From sequence record MK599315.1: DNA of 64,000 nucleotides; one strand, 5' to 3'. Below the pieces are notes generated by a model. That model had not been told where the DNA came from. It saw nothing but the letters and a program-made list of their open reading frames with translations, and ran no database searches. This document shows positions 1 through 12,361 of this stretch, one piece after another; the stretch's first letter is position 1, and each line of letters starts with the position of its first letter. The position numbers and the translations under genes were made by a program.

Positions 1-1341
1 CGAACGACCAGAGATCATGCCAACCTGATATAGTTCAAATGCTTTTTGTCCAACAGGGTCTACCAGAGCATCACCACTATTAAAAGCAGGTACGACAGAT
101 TTAGTTACTGGAGCTGTCTCTACTTTGAGAGTTGGTGCTTTAGCGATCGGCGCCGTTTCGAGCGGATCTTTCTCGATGACGAGAGTAGTTTTCTCAAGCT
201 CGGATTCAGGCGGTGGATCATAAACAACTTCGAGCATCCCGAGATCGAGTAATGTGCTAACATTAGATCCAGTTGCATTGGAATCATCGATCGCATCAAT
301 GTCGTTAGCTTCTTCAGTTTCTTCAGCACGTTCTGTAACTTCTTCGACTTCTTCGTCGTCTGTGTCAACCTTATCTTCGGGTTCGATCAGGTCAGTGATC
401 TTTGGAGTTTCAGGTTCGACTTCCATTAGAGTGTCGTTACCATTATTGAACTCAACCAAAGTAGTCAACAGGCTGATAACTCGACGTTGCATTACATCCG
501 GTTTATAGAAAACTTCAAGACCGAGTTCATCCACAAAACTTTCAGTAGCTACTGTCTCTTGTTCCGCTATTACTTCTGGAGCATCACGCCATGCTTCAAG
601 TTGTCCAAGGTTAATAACAAAGAAGTTATTCTGGACACGAATCAGGAAGTTAATCTTTTCGTAAGCTTCTTTAGGTACGATCGACATATAAGACGAAGAT
701 CGATTATCACCAAGGAAACGATAAAGATCGAAAACGTTTAATACAGCGTTAGTACGGAATTTCTCAAGTAGTGCCTGAGTGGTACCGCGCTCTAACATCT
801 TAAATTCATTAAACGTTGGCATGGATTCTGGAATATGGAGTTCGATGAACTGATTCCAACCAAAGCGTTTATGTACATCGACAACACCTTTCCAGAAGGT
901 AGCGGTGTTGTTACTCCAGCGATACCAGTTAGATTTGAAATTAGCTTGGTACTTCCAGAGTGGGTTTAGCATGCTGTAGTTAAACACAGCAACGTTTTGA
1001 ATATTGAGTTTTACAGCCGCATCTTTACGCAGTGGTTTGAAGAAACGGTGTTGGCGACGGAAATCAGCTTCAAGGGTAGTCGGAATAAGAGAAGTACGCC
1101 GAGCGTTACCATCGAGTGTTTCTAGCTGTGTAATGTGTTCAATGAACACCTTTCCCTGCAACTTAGCAAAGAGGGGGTCCGATTGACTCGGACCCTTTAC
1201 AGCAGCGTTGTCATCAAGGAACTGATACACCACCTCTTGGGGTAGCTCTAGCTTCGTCAACGGGAACAGACGAGGACGCAGTAGTTCGCCTGAGTTTCGA
1301 AGACTGTAATTCTTCAGAAACTGATGAATTTTCAAACGCAT
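1..1341 (-). CDS. Virion RNA polymerase beta subunit, N-terminal half (phiKZ gp178-like); runs off the left window edge
   Basis: Not in the ORF track. Read manually: ATG at 1341, MRLKIHQFLKNYSLRNSGELLRPRLFPL..., 447 codons with no stop, including an acidic linker. It starts 2 bp after the beta' gene. The identity rests on synteny and recalled N-terminal similarity; the catalytic motifs lie outside the window. Confidence 0.65.
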   Translation of the reverse strand, partial: MRLKIHQFLKNYSLRNSGELLRPRLFPLTKLELPQEVVYQFLDDNAAVKGPSQSDPLFAKLQGKVFIEHITQLETLDGNARRTSLIPTTLEADFRRQHRFFKPLRKDAAVKLNIQNVAVFNYSMLNPLWKYQANFKSNWYRWSNNTATFWKGVVDVHKRFGWNQFIELHIPESMPTFNEFKMLERGTTQALLEKFRTNAVLNVFDLYRFLGDNRSSSYMSIVPKEAYEKINFLIRVQNNFFVINLGQLEAWRDAPEVIAEQETVATESFVDELGLEVFYKPDVMQRRVISLLTTLVEFNNGNDTLMEVEPETPKITDLIEPEDKVDTDDEEVEEVTERAEETEEANDIDAIDDSNATGSNVSTLLDLGMLEVVYDPPPESELEKTTLVIEKDPLETAPIAKAPTLKVETAPVTKSVVPAFNSGDALVDPVGQKAFELYQVGMISGRS

Positions 1342-1343
1342 GG

Positions 1344-2996
1344 TTAAATCCTACTTTTCGGTTCCCCAGTCATATACCGGAGAGTTAGATTAAGCGTGTG
1401 GATGTTGACACTGAATGCAAGACCACCACCAGCCTTGATATAAGCTAAACGAGATTTAAAGAATCGATCGGATTCTTCAATAGCCTCTTTAGAATACACG
1501 GCGTTGAATGACACAGTGTCACCGTCGAAGTCCGCACCAAGAGGAGCAAGTATAGACGGGGAAATAGACGTGGAGTCATGCCATTGCGCCGGTTCGTTAA
1601 TAGTGATGATTGGATATTCTAATGCGATCTCAGCATTAGTATCTCGTTCCCAGTCCCAACCAAGTGGGTAGCGCATCTCACCTTTAACAGTTGTCTTCAC
1701 GTACATCTTTACAGGAATAGAACTGTTATAGTTCTCAACAGGGTAACGAGTAACGAATGCGGAGTTTCTTTTCCACATAGGTAATCCGCTTAGGTAAATC
1801 AATTCAGCATAGGAAATAGGACGCACGAACTTCTTGTCGAGCTTCTTCGGCATTTCTTCAATATCCCTAAAGATCTTGAAGTTTTGCTTGTCATCTAGAT
1901 AGACTAACGCCAGATAATGACCAGCGATTTCAATCGCACGAGAACGTTTGTCGATGACTTTCAGTTCGCCAATAACACGTTCAAGACCCTCGGGTGTTCC
2001 CCACAAGTCCATCTCTTCGTTACTGATATTAACCCACTCTAGTTTCAGTGTTTTCTTATTGATAAGCTCAACGCGTGTGGAGAGGCTATCGAAAACTTGA
2101 CCAACAACACCATTACGCAAATGGTAAATAGTTTTTGGTTTAACAGAAACAGCTGCTTGATAAATACCGATTACAGCATCTTTAAACTTAGGACGGTTCG
2201 GTTGATCAAGATCCGCAGCATTAGTATCGAGCGAACTAATAACGTTACGAGTACCATTGAATACTCGACGGCTTGCCCATTTTTGCTGAATATAACCACC
2301 CTTACCTGACAACAGGTTTTCATAGTGGTTATAAATTGCAAGAGCGGTTAACTGCATCGAAGTGCGTTTACGATCATAAATACTCAGATCGTCATTAGGA
2401 CCGAAGTATTCAGGAACGCCATAAGACTGGTTGAGTAGGTATCGATAATGTTCGTTAACCTCATCCATCGATACACGTCCATCAACGTCAATCTCGGCCT
2501 CACGATATGCAGCTGGAATAACGAGCATATTTTTGAAGGTACAGTTTTTCATGTACTTCTTCATCAATTCTACTCGGACTCGACGAATAGATGATTTAGT
2601 TTCACCGAAATCGATCTTCTTCCAGTTATCAAAGAAAAAGGCGTAACCGGTTTTACCTTCGAGCTCGTTGGAACGTACGAAGTCTTTAGCAACTGGGTCA
2701 AATACAGCGAACGATTTACCAAGAATGATCTCTTCGTAGAATGCCTTTAACTTAATAAGGTTACGATAAATCACAGGGTGGATAATCTCAAGACCCATGT
2801 TGATATAACCGAATCGACCTTCACGTTCATTAGAACCTACTCGTCCGAAAATCTCTACGGAGAATAAACCCTTCTCATGAAAGTTACCACCGGTACCTTC
2901 GAAGATCTCGTGGCTAGTTACTTGTCCCAACATCGAAAGCTGTGCTTGGGTCGGAATCAAAAGATCAATGTTGAATGGGACTAGTGCCTTCTTCAT
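1344..2996 (-). CDS. Virion RNA polymerase beta' subunit, catalytic half (phiKZ gp180-like)
   Basis: Catalytic motif LGADFDGDTVS near the C-terminus; KGGYIQQKWASRRVFNGTRNVIS resembles the beta' clamp/switch region; Shine-Dalgarno (SD) GAGG upstream. Confidence 0.93.
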   Translation of the reverse strand: MKKALVPFNIDLLIPTQAQLSMLGQVTSHEIFEGTGGNFHEKGLFSVEIFGRVGSNEREGRFGYINMGLEIIHPVIYRNLIKLKAFYEEIILGKSFAVFDPVAKDFVRSNELEGKTGYAFFFDNWKKIDFGETKSSIRRVRVELMKKYMKNCTFKNMLVIPAAYREAEIDVDGRVSMDEVNEHYRYLLNQSYGVPEYFGPNDDLSIYDRKRTSMQLTALAIYNHYENLLSGKGGYIQQKWASRRVFNGTRNVISSLDTNAADLDQPNRPKFKDAVIGIYQAAVSVKPKTIYHLRNGVVGQVFDSLSTRVELINKKTLKLEWVNISNEEMDLWGTPEGLERVIGELKVIDKRSRAIEIAGHYLALVYLDDKQNFKIFRDIEEMPKKLDKKFVRPISYAELIYLSGLPMWKRNSAFVTRYPVENYNSSIPVKMYVKTTVKGEMRYPLGWDWERDTNAEIALEYPIITINEPAQWHDSTSISPSILAPLGADFDGDTVSFNAVYSKEAIEESDRFFKSRLAYIKAGGGLAFSVNIHTLNLTLRYMTGEPKSRI

Positions 2997-3063
2997 TTCA
3001 AATTTCCTCTTAGGGGTTACAAAAAGCTAAACGATATGATTGTTTATATCGATGGAGTTGACC

Positions 3064-5175
3064 ATGGCTACAAAAAAGACCAAGCTGCCAAAGCCTGCTG
3101 GGATGAATGCCCAGAACAGAATTGGTGTACTTGACCTTAATGAGCTGGACGACCTGTTTGATGATGTCGGTGAAACCACCAAACCTGGTGATCCAATAAC
3201 CGATTTCAAATCTGGTCTGAAAGAGGGCTTCCTCGGTGGATTGAAAACCAAAGACATCGTAAGGAATTTCTTACGTAGCGCAGCACCTGATGGTTTCGCG
3301 CGCCTTTTTGGTGCCTATGACGATGTGATGGCTTCAGTAACCGATATCAAAGATACGGTCGAGAGAGTCAATGCGTCCGACCTAGATTACCTTGGTCGTA
3401 AAGCACAGGATTATCTACCCCAGTTAAAAGATCGCATTCCAAATGCCTTATACGAGAATATTTCTGATACACTTACCAGAAAGGTTGAGCAGTATCAGTA
3501 CGAAGTGGATTCCCAAAGGGACCAAATCGCTATTCGTCGTCGCCGGCAAGAAAACGATGATGCAAATGTAATTAAAGCTGCACTAGATCAGAATACGTTA
3601 GTAAGTAGAGAAAACTTCCAACGTAGCGAACAGGGTGCAGTTGCCCGTGCTGCTGTTGAAAGAGCAGAACGTGGAATTCGTGATAAAGTAAGTGCAGGGC
3701 GCTTTGACTTTATGTCCCGCTCGATGGGGATGGCTGTAGATAGTCTGACACGTCTTGTAGGATATAACGAACAGGTTAATTATGGAATTCAACGTAAAGG
3801 TCTTGAACTTCAATTCCGTACCTACATGGGTATTCGGGATCTTGTTAAAGTACAAGAAGCTAACCTTGAATTGCAGAATAAGGCTTATGAAGCATTAGTT
3901 CGTAATACCGGGCTACCTGACTATAAGAAAGGTAATGTTGGTGATTTAACCAGCTTCGGTTCAGGGCGCGGTCGCGGTAATATGCTCGGACGCCTAGCTG
4001 GCGGAGCTGCACAAGGCCTTCATGGTTTCTTAGGTGGTTACGGTAATAAAGTAAACGAACGTGTCGCCAGTGGCCTAGGTGGACGTCTATCAGAGATCGT
4101 CGCTGGGTTACGTATGGGTGACATGGCTGGTTCATCCGTTTGGGATAACCGTTATAAGTTCGCTGGTCAAATCGCCGGTGAATACGGGGCAGATATCCTT
4201 AAGTCGTCTATTGTTCCATGGGCAGGTCGTAAAGTTCGTCCAACTATGGAAAAACTATCCAACCGTTTTGGTGGACGACATCATCAGGTTGGTTATGCCC
4301 TAGATAACGTTCCAGCATATTTGCAAGAGTTCGTTAATAACTATCAAAACACTTATGGTTTCCGTGGAGTTATCCGCGATGCTATTATGCCATTCGTTCC
4401 TCAGTATCACCTGAATGATCGTCTGGAAAACGGAAACTATCAAACAATTGATCAAGGCGCGGCCTTTAACCAATTGACACAGCGTAGTATCGTTGAAGTC
4501 ATCCCTGGTTACTTGTCTCGTCAGCTTCAAGAATTGCGAATGATTCGTACTGGTCGCGATGATATCGAGCGTGAAGTATTCGATATTACAACTGGTCGAT
4601 TCGAAGTTCAATCGCTGTCGGATGATCGTCTTCAGAAGAAGATTATTCCAGCAGCTGCGATTCGAAGTGCTAGTGGTGCTATTAACGACACATTGAATTT
4701 GATGGACGAAGAAGGTAAACTTTCTCCAGCTGCACGTAAGGCACTTGGGGAACGTATGCTTCGAGATGCATCTACTAACCGTAGATTCGATCCAGAAGCA
4801 TACCTTAAAGCTGGCGGTTATATGGATGGCTTAGATGCCACCACCACAGATGAAATTCAAAGGTTCTTCAAGAGTAAGTTCCAGTACGACGATAAAGGTA
4901 AAATGGCGGATAACGCTGATAACCATCGTCTACGTGATGAATACTCGCGTGCCTTCCTCGATATTCGTTCTGTAAGTCGTGACCCAGTTAAAGAAGTACA
5001 TCGTCTAATTAATGCCGGTCAAACCGAGCCTCTTCGGATGCTTGGCATTATCATTACTGAACAAGGTCAAGATAGAATAAACTATAACCGTATTTGGGAA
5101 ATCATGCGCTCCGGCGTGACTGATACAAACCCATGGTTAATGGTGACTATCAACCTGAAGCTTCTGGTGATATGA
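3064..5175 (+). CDS. Tail-associated/tape-measure-like protein, N-terminal part (phiKZ gp181-like); frameshifted relative to 5133..9833
   Basis: ATG 3064 with GGAG SD; helical, G/A-rich; overlaps the next ORF in the -1 frame. The joined length is 2256 aa, close to gp181 size. Confidence 0.75.
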   Translation: MATKKTKLPKPAGMNAQNRIGVLDLNELDDLFDDVGETTKPGDPITDFKSGLKEGFLGGLKTKDIVRNFLRSAAPDGFARLFGAYDDVMASVTDIKDTVERVNASDLDYLGRKAQDYLPQLKDRIPNALYENISDTLTRKVEQYQYEVDSQRDQIAIRRRRQENDDANVIKAALDQNTLVSRENFQRSEQGAVARAAVERAERGIRDKVSAGRFDFMSRSMGMAVDSLTRLVGYNEQVNYGIQRKGLELQFRTYMGIRDLVKVQEANLELQNKAYEALVRNTGLPDYKKGNVGDLTSFGSGRGRGNMLGRLAGGAAQGLHGFLGGYGNKVNERVASGLGGRLSEIVAGLRMGDMAGSSVWDNRYKFAGQIAGEYGADILKSSIVPWAGRKVRPTMEKLSNRFGGRHHQVGYALDNVPAYLQEFVNNYQNTYGFRGVIRDAIMPFVPQYHLNDRLENGNYQTIDQGAAFNQLTQRSIVEVIPGYLSRQLQELRMIRTGRDDIEREVFDITTGRFEVQSLSDDRLQKKIIPAAAIRSASGAINDTLNLMDEEGKLSPAARKALGERMLRDASTNRRFDPEAYLKAGGYMDGLDATTTDEIQRFFKSKFQYDDKGKMADNADNHRLRDEYSRAFLDIRSVSRDPVKEVHRLINAGQTEPLRMLGIIITEQGQDRINYNRIWEIMRSGVTDTNPWLMVTINLKLLVI

Positions 5176-8100
5176 ATGATAAGAACTTCTTTGGTCCTGC
5201 TTACCCAGGTGCAGCTAAAGCCAATGCGCTTAATGCAATGCACCGCTTCCGGAATAAGCATGCTCCACAGGAAGATCGAATCAAGAAAGAACTATCGCGC
5301 TATAGCCGTATTGCTCAAGGTAAATTCCAGTACTTGAACAATAAACACGGTGCCGGTATCCAAGACTTTGCTAACAACATGCGAAATGGCCAATTTGGTC
5401 CTTACGTAGCTGGTCTGCAAGGAGCTTGGAATAATGCGGGTATTATGAGTCAAGATCTCTATTCTAAGACACGTGCTAAGTTTGGAGAACACATGGATCA
5501 GTTCCAGAATGATCCAACCCAATATGCAATCGGTCAGAAAGATAAGATCATTGATGTGTTCACAAAGTTTAATCCAAATGAACCCATCATTAAAGGTATT
5601 GATTTTGTTCAAGGTAACCTTGTTGACTTTAATACCAAAAAGATTATCGAATCTGTACACGACATTACCGGTAAGGTTGTTTCTACAACTGGCATGACGG
5701 TTCTAACAGCATCTGAAGTTGCACAAGGTCTGTTTGATAAGAAAGGAATGCGTCTTGAATTACCTGCCTTCATGAGCAACGCAGCGGATAAAATCCGCGG
5801 TGCTTTAATGGGTGGACAAACGCCTCCTGCTCAACAGTTTGCTGAAGGTGAAAACGCACAGCAAAAACAAGCAGCTGAAGATGATAAGCACGACTGGTAT
5901 TTGGATGGTGAGCAAGAACCCACTATCTCTGCTCGTGGTCTAAAGAACGGTGAATACTTCAACGCAGATGGTGACCAGATTAATTCGATGCAAGACATCA
6001 AAGGTGATGTACTTGATAAGAATGGATCTATTATCGCAACTGCTAAGGAACTAGCTTCCGGTCTATGGTCGCGTGCTACTCGTAAACGTTGGCGTCTTAC
6101 CAAGACAGGTCGGCGTCTAGCAAATGTAGCGGGTTGGGGTGCCAAGTTCATGGCAACGAATACATCTACCTTAGCGTGGAACGCACTGAAGTTTGGTGCT
6201 AAGACAGCGATCGGTATGGGTTCGGCCCTATTCAACTTCGCGATTGAAACTCAGAACGCTTATTTACCTGGTGATGATGTACCTGTACTCGAACGAAGAC
6301 TAGTTAATGCTGGTAAGTACTTCGATGATAAAGGTCGCGTCATTGAAAACTTTGGTGATGTGTATGGCACGATCTTTAACGAGAGAGGCGAACCTGTAAT
6401 AGAACCATCTCTGTATAAAGACCTTAAGAACTACGACGGTACCAAACATATCTTAGCTAAGAATAAAGGTATCATCCGTAAGACTGTATGGCGTGGTATT
6501 CGCGCTGCTCGTTCGAAGTATATCGATGCTTCCATGAAGTACATGGGTTGGGCATTGAAGAAGACGGGTAAGTTCTATGGAGGTGCAGCTAAGAAAGTGT
6601 TAGGTGGTTTCGCTAAAGCGGGTGGTAACGTTCTTGGACGTATCTTTGAACGCGTACCATACGAAGACTTCGAAACAACTGATCAAGTACTATTGGGTCG
6701 CATTCTTGAAACTCTTCAAGCACAAGTTCCAGAAAAGCTCCGGGCTGGTAGTTGGCAGGATAAAGCAGAAAAGGCCAAAGAAGGCGCTGCTGGCTTGATG
6801 GATAAATTGAAGGGTAAGGGAGATGGCGATACTGGTAAAGCTGAAAATAAAGTCCTGAAGGGATTGTCAGATGGACTTAAAGGTATCTTCAGTAAACTTA
6901 CCGGTACAGAAGGTGAAGAAGGCTCTGGTGCGTTCGACGTGCTGATGGGCGGTGGTATGAAAGGTGGCGCTAAAGGTCGTTTAATGGGCCTTGCTAAACG
7001 CGCAGTTCCTTGGATACTTGGTGGTACAGCTGCCGCAGTGGGTACAGGTGCTATGGCTTATGGTTATAGCAAAGATGGAATGGATGCAAAGCAGACAGGT
7101 ATTCTGACTGCAATGAGTCTTAATCCACTTGGACAATTAACTGCTCGCTATATCCTGAAACCTATCTTTGGTCAGATGAACGATCAAAGAGCAGAGTTCC
7201 GCCGACTCAGAATGCTACAGTACGGTATTACCGATCACGATCAACAACAGAAAGTTTCTGCACTTGAAGATGCTTTTGATCGCGTAACCGAACGGACAGA
7301 AGAACCCGACTTTAATATCAGTGGAGTTGGTGGTAAGGCTATTCTTGATATTCTTGGCATCGATGTTAAGAATGAAGTTCAAGTAATGCGTATGTCCCGC
7401 TGGTTGGAAATGCGTTTCCGTCCGGTCTTCTTGACTTGGGTTAAAGCACTAGCTAAACTCAAAAAGAATGAAGTCAAACTCGTTGACATTGATAGTAAGT
7501 TCCCTCAAGAATTGAAAGGACCATTAGTTAAAGCTGTTAAGATTTCTGTATCGGGTGATACACCAATGCAGTATCGTGTTGACCCATTCTCCGAAGAAGG
7601 CGAATTGGAAGACACTATCCCAGCAGCTGATCAACTTTGGAAAGCTCTATACGTTCGTTATAAAGCGGGCGAGAAGAAAGATGATACGGTACCTGCTACA
7701 GCGGCTAATACCGAAGTAGCTACCAAAGCTCAGGATATCGCCAAGAAAGCGGCAGATACAGCAACTGGTAAAACTGCACCGAGTCCAATGGATCCTACTA
7801 AGTCAGCAATGCCCTTGGCTGCTGCTAAGAAGGCTTTCCCTGGTCTGGGTGGTTCAACAGGTGCTCCAATCGTTGCGACTTCGGCAGCTACTACTAAGCT
7901 AACTGCACTCCAATCCATCCGGATGCGTGCCTACGGTTTGGAAGTACTGAGTTTCTACAACGTCTATCCTCTTCTCAATGCTGAAGCAATGGTATTCGAT
8001 GGTCTATCTATTCAGGGCGGTGTTCCTGAATTCCGTGGTGACCTAGAATCGATCATGCAGGAAACAGCACCGTTATTTGGTAAAGATATCGTTGGTAACG

Positions 8101-9833
8101 ATGAGGATCGTTCTGCCTATTACGATTGGTTCGTTGGTCGTTTCATGCCTGTTGCTCGTGCTTACTACGGTGCAATGCGTAATTCGACTCAAGGAACAAC
8201 CATTGCGAACATGGAATCTAAACTCAAACCCAGTGATGCTGTTATTGTGGGTAATGCCGTATTGGGCGTCACTAATTGGGACGGCTCTAGTGTATGGCAG
8301 GTTGATTCTATCTTCCCGATTAAGGGTAGCAAAGACGATCTCAAGAAAATGGCTGAAGCTGATTTGGAACAATTGAAGAAAGATGCAAGCAAAGACATCA
8401 TGTCTACGCCGACTCAATCTGCGGGTGACCAAGCAGCTGGAACACAAAACGCAGCCGCTGGTGGTAGCTTTGCCGAGAGGGCAATGGCTTCTATCTCGAA
8501 TACTTGGGAGTCTGCTAAAGAAACAGTAAGTAACGCATGGAGTAATACCAAGGCAGCTGGCGCTAAAGCAATGGATTATGTATCCGACGCTGCGGCGAAC
8601 ACACAGTACAAACTTGGTATGGCTGGCGAGGTATCTGCAACAGGTCGTACATACGGAACCCTGACAAAGGGTAACGGTGGAGCTTGGGAACAGATTCCAT
8701 ATCCGAAAGCCAATAAGTCTCGTCAAGCAGCTGCTGAAACATTCCAAGCAGTTGCAGCGATGGTCGGTATTCCAGTAGAACTTCTGTTCATCTTCGCATC
8801 GCTTGAGTCTGGTTTTGATTACACCGTCAAAGCTAAGACATCGTCTGCAACCGGATGGTTCCAGTTTATTAATAGTACCTGGGACGCAATGTTGGCGAAA
8901 CATGGCTCCAAGTTCGGTATTCCTCCAGACGACGCCCAACGTAGTTTACGTGTTGATCCTCGGATCAACGCCTTAATGGGTGCATGCTTCCTTAAAGATA
9001 ACTACACCTACCTTAAAGATGCATTAGGACGCGATCCAACAGACGTAGATCTTTACATCGCTCACTTCATGGGACCAGGTGGTGCACGTAAGTTCTTGAC
9101 TCGTAATCAGGATACCATCGGCGCATCGGTCTTCCCTGAAGCAGCATCTGCTAACCGACCGATCTTCTACAAGAAAGGTGGACAACCTCGTACTCTCGGG
9201 GAAATCTATCAAATGTTCGAAGAGAAGATTGCAAAGCATCGTGGTGGAGCTGAAGGTAGTTCTGTAGCTACACAGGAAGCGGGTAAAACCATGACTCCGG
9301 AAGAGGCGACAGAAGAACAAGCCAAGGCTAATGCTAAGGCGTCTGCTGCCGAACTTTGGAATACTGATGATAGTAACAATGCTGGTAATGCAGCGGTTGC
9401 TCGTGAAGAAGCATACAGTGCCACTGGTACTGCTGCCCAAACACCGGTACTTCCTGGTATTACTCCAATGAACCCCGTGGGTGGAACAACTACTAGCGGA
9501 ACTAATCCATCTGCTGATAGTGGCGGTAATGTTATCCAAGCCCAACAAGAAGCAGCTCTTCAAGCAGCACAGCAACAGAACTCGACTCGTCAAGCTGAAG
9601 TACGTCGTAATAACGAGAAGGCTCAACAGATCGATGATATCCAAGCTGAGCAGCTTAAGACGCTAATTGAGATGCGTGATCATCTCAAGCGTTTGGTACA
9701 ACTGAACGAACAAAAGGACAGTAGTATCAAAGAAGCTTCGAAAACCCAAGCCGGAGGAAATAATAGTATGACCTCCACGTTAATGAGAACGACCGCGGCT
9801 CAAAATCGCCCGTCACCCCTCTCGTTAACTTAA
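5133..9833 (+). CDS. gp181-like tail protein, C-terminal part with SLT lytic transglycosylase domain
   Basis: Catalytic [21 protein letters not shown] and [12 protein letters not shown] motifs of the lysozyme-like SLT fold; position next to vRNAP genes. Confidence 0.88.
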   Translation: MVNGDYQPEASGDMNDKNFFGPAYPGAAKANALNAMHRFRNKHAPQEDRIKKELSRYSRIAQGKFQYLNNKHGAGIQDFANNMRNGQFGPYVAGLQGAWNNAGIMSQDLYSKTRAKFGEHMDQFQNDPTQYAIGQKDKIIDVFTKFNPNEPIIKGIDFVQGNLVDFNTKKIIESVHDITGKVVSTTGMTVLTASEVAQGLFDKKGMRLELPAFMSNAADKIRGALMGGQTPPAQQFAEGENAQQKQAAEDDKHDWYLDGEQEPTISARGLKNGEYFNADGDQINSMQDIKGDVLDKNGSIIATAKELASGLWSRATRKRWRLTKTGRRLANVAGWGAKFMATNTSTLAWNALKFGAKTAIGMGSALFNFAIETQNAYLPGDDVPVLERRLVNAGKYFDDKGRVIENFGDVYGTIFNERGEPVIEPSLYKDLKNYDGTKHILAKNKGIIRKTVWRGIRAARSKYIDASMKYMGWALKKTGKFYGGAAKKVLGGFAKAGGNVLGRIFERVPYEDFETTDQVLLGRILETLQAQVPEKLRAGSWQDKAEKAKEGAAGLMDKLKGKGDGDTGKAENKVLKGLSDGLKGIFSKLTGTEGEEGSGAFDVLMGGGMKGGAKGRLMGLAKRAVPWILGGTAAAVGTGAMAYGYSKDGMDAKQTGILTAMSLNPLGQLTARYILKPIFGQMNDQRAEFRRLRMLQYGITDHDQQQKVSALEDAFDRVTERTEEPDFNISGVGGKAILDILGIDVKNEVQVMRMSRWLEMRFRPVFLTWVKALAKLKKNEVKLVDIDSKFPQELKGPLVKAVKISVSGDTPMQYRVDPFSEEGELEDTIPAADQLWKALYVRYKAGEKKDDTVPATAANTEVATKAQDIAKKAADTATGKTAPSPMDPTKSAMPLAAAKKAFPGLGGSTGAPIVATSAATTKLTALQSIRMRAYGLEVLSFYNVYPLLNAEAMVFDGLSIQGGVPEFRGDLESIMQETAPLFGKDIVGNDEDRSAYYDWFVGRFMPVARAYYGAMRNSTQGTTIANMESKLKPSDAVIVGNAVLGVTNWDGSSVWQVDSIFPIKGSKDDLKKMAEADLEQLKKDASKDIMSTPTQSAGDQAAGTQNAAAGGSFAERAMASISNTWESAKETVSNAWSNTKAAGAKAMDYVSDAAANTQYKLGMAGEVSATGRTYGTLTKGNGGAWEQIPYPKANKSRQAAAETFQAVAAMVGIPVELLFIFASLESGFDYTVKAKTSSATGWFQFINSTWDAMLAKHGSKFGIPPDDAQRSLRVDPRINALMGACFLKDNYTYLKDALGRDPTDVDLYIAHFMGPGGARKFLTRNQDTIGASVFPEAASANRPIFYKKGGQPRTLGEIYQMFEEKIAKHRGGAEGSSVATQEAGKTMTPEEATEEQAKANAKASAAELWNTDDSNNAGNAAVAREEAYSATGTAAQTPVLPGITPMNPVGGTTTSGTNPSADSGGNVIQAQQEAALQAAQQQNSTRQAEVRRNNEKAQQIDDIQAEQLKTLIEMRDHLKRLVQLNEQKDSSIKEASKTQAGGNNSMTSTLMRTTAAQNRPSPLSLT

Positions 9834-9840
9834 TCAATGG

Positions 9841-9867
9841 AGCCTCCCTTCGGGGAGGCTTTATTTT
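9841..9867 (+). terminator. Intrinsic terminator
   Basis: AGCCTCCC-TTCG-GGGAGGCT-TTATTTT. Confidence 0.8.
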
Positions 9868-9888
9868 CCGCTAAGAAGGGAAATCAAA

Positions 9889-11865
9889 ATGGCAACAGAT
9901 GTTAAGCCCATTTGGTTGCGCCAAGCTTTCTTATTACCTATTAATGACAATAAGAACTCGTATGGTTCTCAGACCAAACGGCGTTACGCTAACTCGGCTG
10001 CTTTCAAATTTACAAATACGTCGTTGGGTGGTAGTTTCGCTATTAACCCTCTCCCACAATACACACGCTATGCTGATATCCGTCAGCCTGGTCGTGGTCG
10101 TACCTATGAAGATCGTTTCTTAGGTATGGGTCGTTACTATTCGGAAGCACATGACGATACTAAACAAGAAGTACACATGTCGTTTGGTGTTCCACGTTAT
10201 TCGAGTTGGACCTCGTTCTTCACGAACTTCTATGATCGTTCAGCTGCTGGTTTAGCTAATACCGGCGTTACATCCGATCTTTGGTACAACCTTGGTAACG
10301 TAACAGGTTATTTCATCACCCTGCCCCTTCAACCATTTATTCTTGGGGTAACTGGCGTATCTCGTGTTATTAGCTTCTTGACTAAATCGCAGCCTTCTAA
10401 GTGGTTCTATTTTAAACCAACTATGCACGCATACTGGTCGTCTGTGAATACATTGGCTAACGAGTTCGCCATCGCCCTGGGTATGGTTCCTCGTATTCTA
10501 GATGATTCTCAGCGGCCATTAGAAGACCCAGGCCACCGGGTAGGGTTAGATGACGTTAAGCGAATGCATGAAATCTTCCCAGGTTTCTTCCGTCCAGATG
10601 GCGGTGTCGATGTAATGTCTTTGGCTGGCCGTACGCAGCGCATGTCAGACCAAGCTCAAAAATCAATGCGAGCAATGGCTGAGAAAGCACGTACCTTAGC
10701 AGAACTCCGGGCAGGTATCGAATCTGAAATGGCTAAAGCTGTAACAGACCCTAAACCTGGAGCAGATGCGCGTGATTATTTCTTGAAGTATTTAGAAGCA
10801 GATAAGAAACCATCCGAGAAGAATGGTGTTATCGATACTGAAAGTTTTAGCAGCTGGGGCGAGTTGAAGAACGTGTACGACTTCGTTGTAGGTGCACAGC
10901 GGGATGGTTCTCAGTTCGTTACATTCCGTGTCGACTATAATGGCGAAGTATCCGAATCCTTTACTAACACTACACGTGATGTGGGTGTTGTACAAACCTT
11001 GAATACGAAAGTAGGTGAGGGTCGCGCAGCATCGTTTGACTTCATGGGTGGTAATATCACTGAAGGTGTTGGTGCTGTTACGGATATGCTTAAAGGATTT
11101 ATTTCAGGAGCACTAGACTCTGTTAACTTATCCGGTCTTGAGACTTTGGCTGGCGCAGCTTTCGTTGATGCACCTGAGTACTGGGAATCGGCAATGGCGT
11201 CCTTGCCATCTGCTTCGTATACTGTTCAATTGATCTCTCCTTATGGAAATAAAATATCCAGGTTCATGAACATATACGTACCACTAGCCATGATTCTCCC
11301 AATGGGATTACCAAGGTCAGCTGGTCGAAGTGCTTACACCTCTCCGTTCATCTGTCAGATTTTCCATAAAGGTCGAGTACAGAGACAATTGGGGATCGTG
11401 GATAGCATTCAAATCCGTCGTGGTGTCGGTAACGTTGGTTGGAACGCAGAACACGAAATGCTTGGTTGCGAAGTAACCTTTAGTGTTAAAGACCTATCTA
11501 AGTTAATGCATATCCCACTGAAGGCTGGCTTCGCTAGTCCAAGTTGGTTGGGTACTGCTGGTCGTGCTATTTCTGCTACAGCTGGTGAAGCCGTTGCTGG
11601 CGATGGTGGTATTGCTACTGCGCTTGCTCTTACTGACGGAGCGGTGTGGGATGAACAAAGTCTGTTCCAAGATTACGTGTCGACTCTAACATCGCAATCG
11701 TGGGCAGATTTCTATTACGCTGGTAAACGTTTGAATCTTAACCTGACTCGTGCAGTTCAAAGTTTCAAGTCCTGGCGTAGTCCTTCGAACCTAATGTCTT
11801 GGGTTCTCGATGGTGAGGTCGCCCGTACGGTCTCTGCCTTCGCTCAAACTTCTGATCGCTTTTAA
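9889..11865 (+). CDS. Virion structural protein, probable baseplate/hub (phiKZ gp182-like)
   Basis: 658 aa ORF with SD, directly after the gp181-like gene; C-terminal beta-rich segment ([10 protein letters not shown]...[11 protein letters not shown]). Call is mainly by synteny. Confidence 0.6.
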   Translation: MATDVKPIWLRQAFLLPINDNKNSYGSQTKRRYANSAAFKFTNTSLGGSFAINPLPQYTRYADIRQPGRGRTYEDRFLGMGRYYSEAHDDTKQEVHMSFGVPRYSSWTSFFTNFYDRSAAGLANTGVTSDLWYNLGNVTGYFITLPLQPFILGVTGVSRVISFLTKSQPSKWFYFKPTMHAYWSSVNTLANEFAIALGMVPRILDDSQRPLEDPGHRVGLDDVKRMHEIFPGFFRPDGGVDVMSLAGRTQRMSDQAQKSMRAMAEKARTLAELRAGIESEMAKAVTDPKPGADARDYFLKYLEADKKPSEKNGVIDTESFSSWGELKNVYDFVVGAQRDGSQFVTFRVDYNGEVSESFTNTTRDVGVVQTLNTKVGEGRAASFDFMGGNITEGVGAVTDMLKGFISGALDSVNLSGLETLAGAAFVDAPEYWESAMASLPSASYTVQLISPYGNKISRFMNIYVPLAMILPMGLPRSAGRSAYTSPFICQIFHKGRVQRQLGIVDSIQIRRGVGNVGWNAEHEMLGCEVTFSVKDLSKLMHIPLKAGFASPSWLGTAGRAISATAGEAVAGDGGIATALALTDGAVWDEQSLFQDYVSTLTSQSWADFYYAGKRLNLNLTRAVQSFKSWRSPSNLMSWVLDGEVARTVSAFAQTSDRF

Positions 11866-11881
11866 TACAGGAAACGCAATA

Positions 11882-12352
11882 ATGTCTATCATTCGCAAAA
11901 TCGCTCTGAAACTCCTTGGTGTTGAATCCGTACTGGAACTGGCCCGTTCTGAAATTAAAGGTAATGACCTGGCTCAGCTCGCATCGACTCTTCCGGTTGA
12001 TACTCTGACCAATCTGTTGGTTGGTAAGTCCGGCGTTCGTAACTTCGCCGAACTGGCTACCGGTTATCTGGAAGCTGAACAGTATCGTGGACAGAACCTG
12101 GAAGCTGAACTGCGTAAACTAGTTCGTAAATACACCGCTGGTGCACGCATCAATGCGTCCATTGAAAATATCGCAGTCAATGCCCTGATTGGTGGTGTGG
12201 CTGAAGTTGAAAACAGTAAGGAACGCAATATTCTGAAGCGTAAGGCCGCTGCCATGGCGACTATTCGTGCACAGATGCCGGGTATCGCTAAAGCTGACGG
12301 TAACTACGCTGTAGAACTGCTTCTGCAAATTGTTAAAGTCCGCTACTCTTAA
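11882..12352 (+). CDS. Hypothetical helical protein
   Basis: ATG 11882 with AGGA SD; highly expressed codon style. Confidence 0.7.
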   Translation: MSIIRKIALKLLGVESVLELARSEIKGNDLAQLASTLPVDTLTNLLVGKSGVRNFAELATGYLEAEQYRGQNLEAELRKLVRKYTAGARINASIENIAVNALIGGVAEVENSKERNILKRKAAAMATIRAQMPGIAKADGNYAVELLLQIVKVRYS

Positions 12353-12361
12353 GGTGAACTG

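Noticed and set aside
46-1186. Short ORFs in the track (46..252, 120..368, 254..508, 487..741, 1004..1186)
   Set aside because: They are shadows of the long minus-strand frame 1341 to <1, which the track missed because it has no stop in the window.
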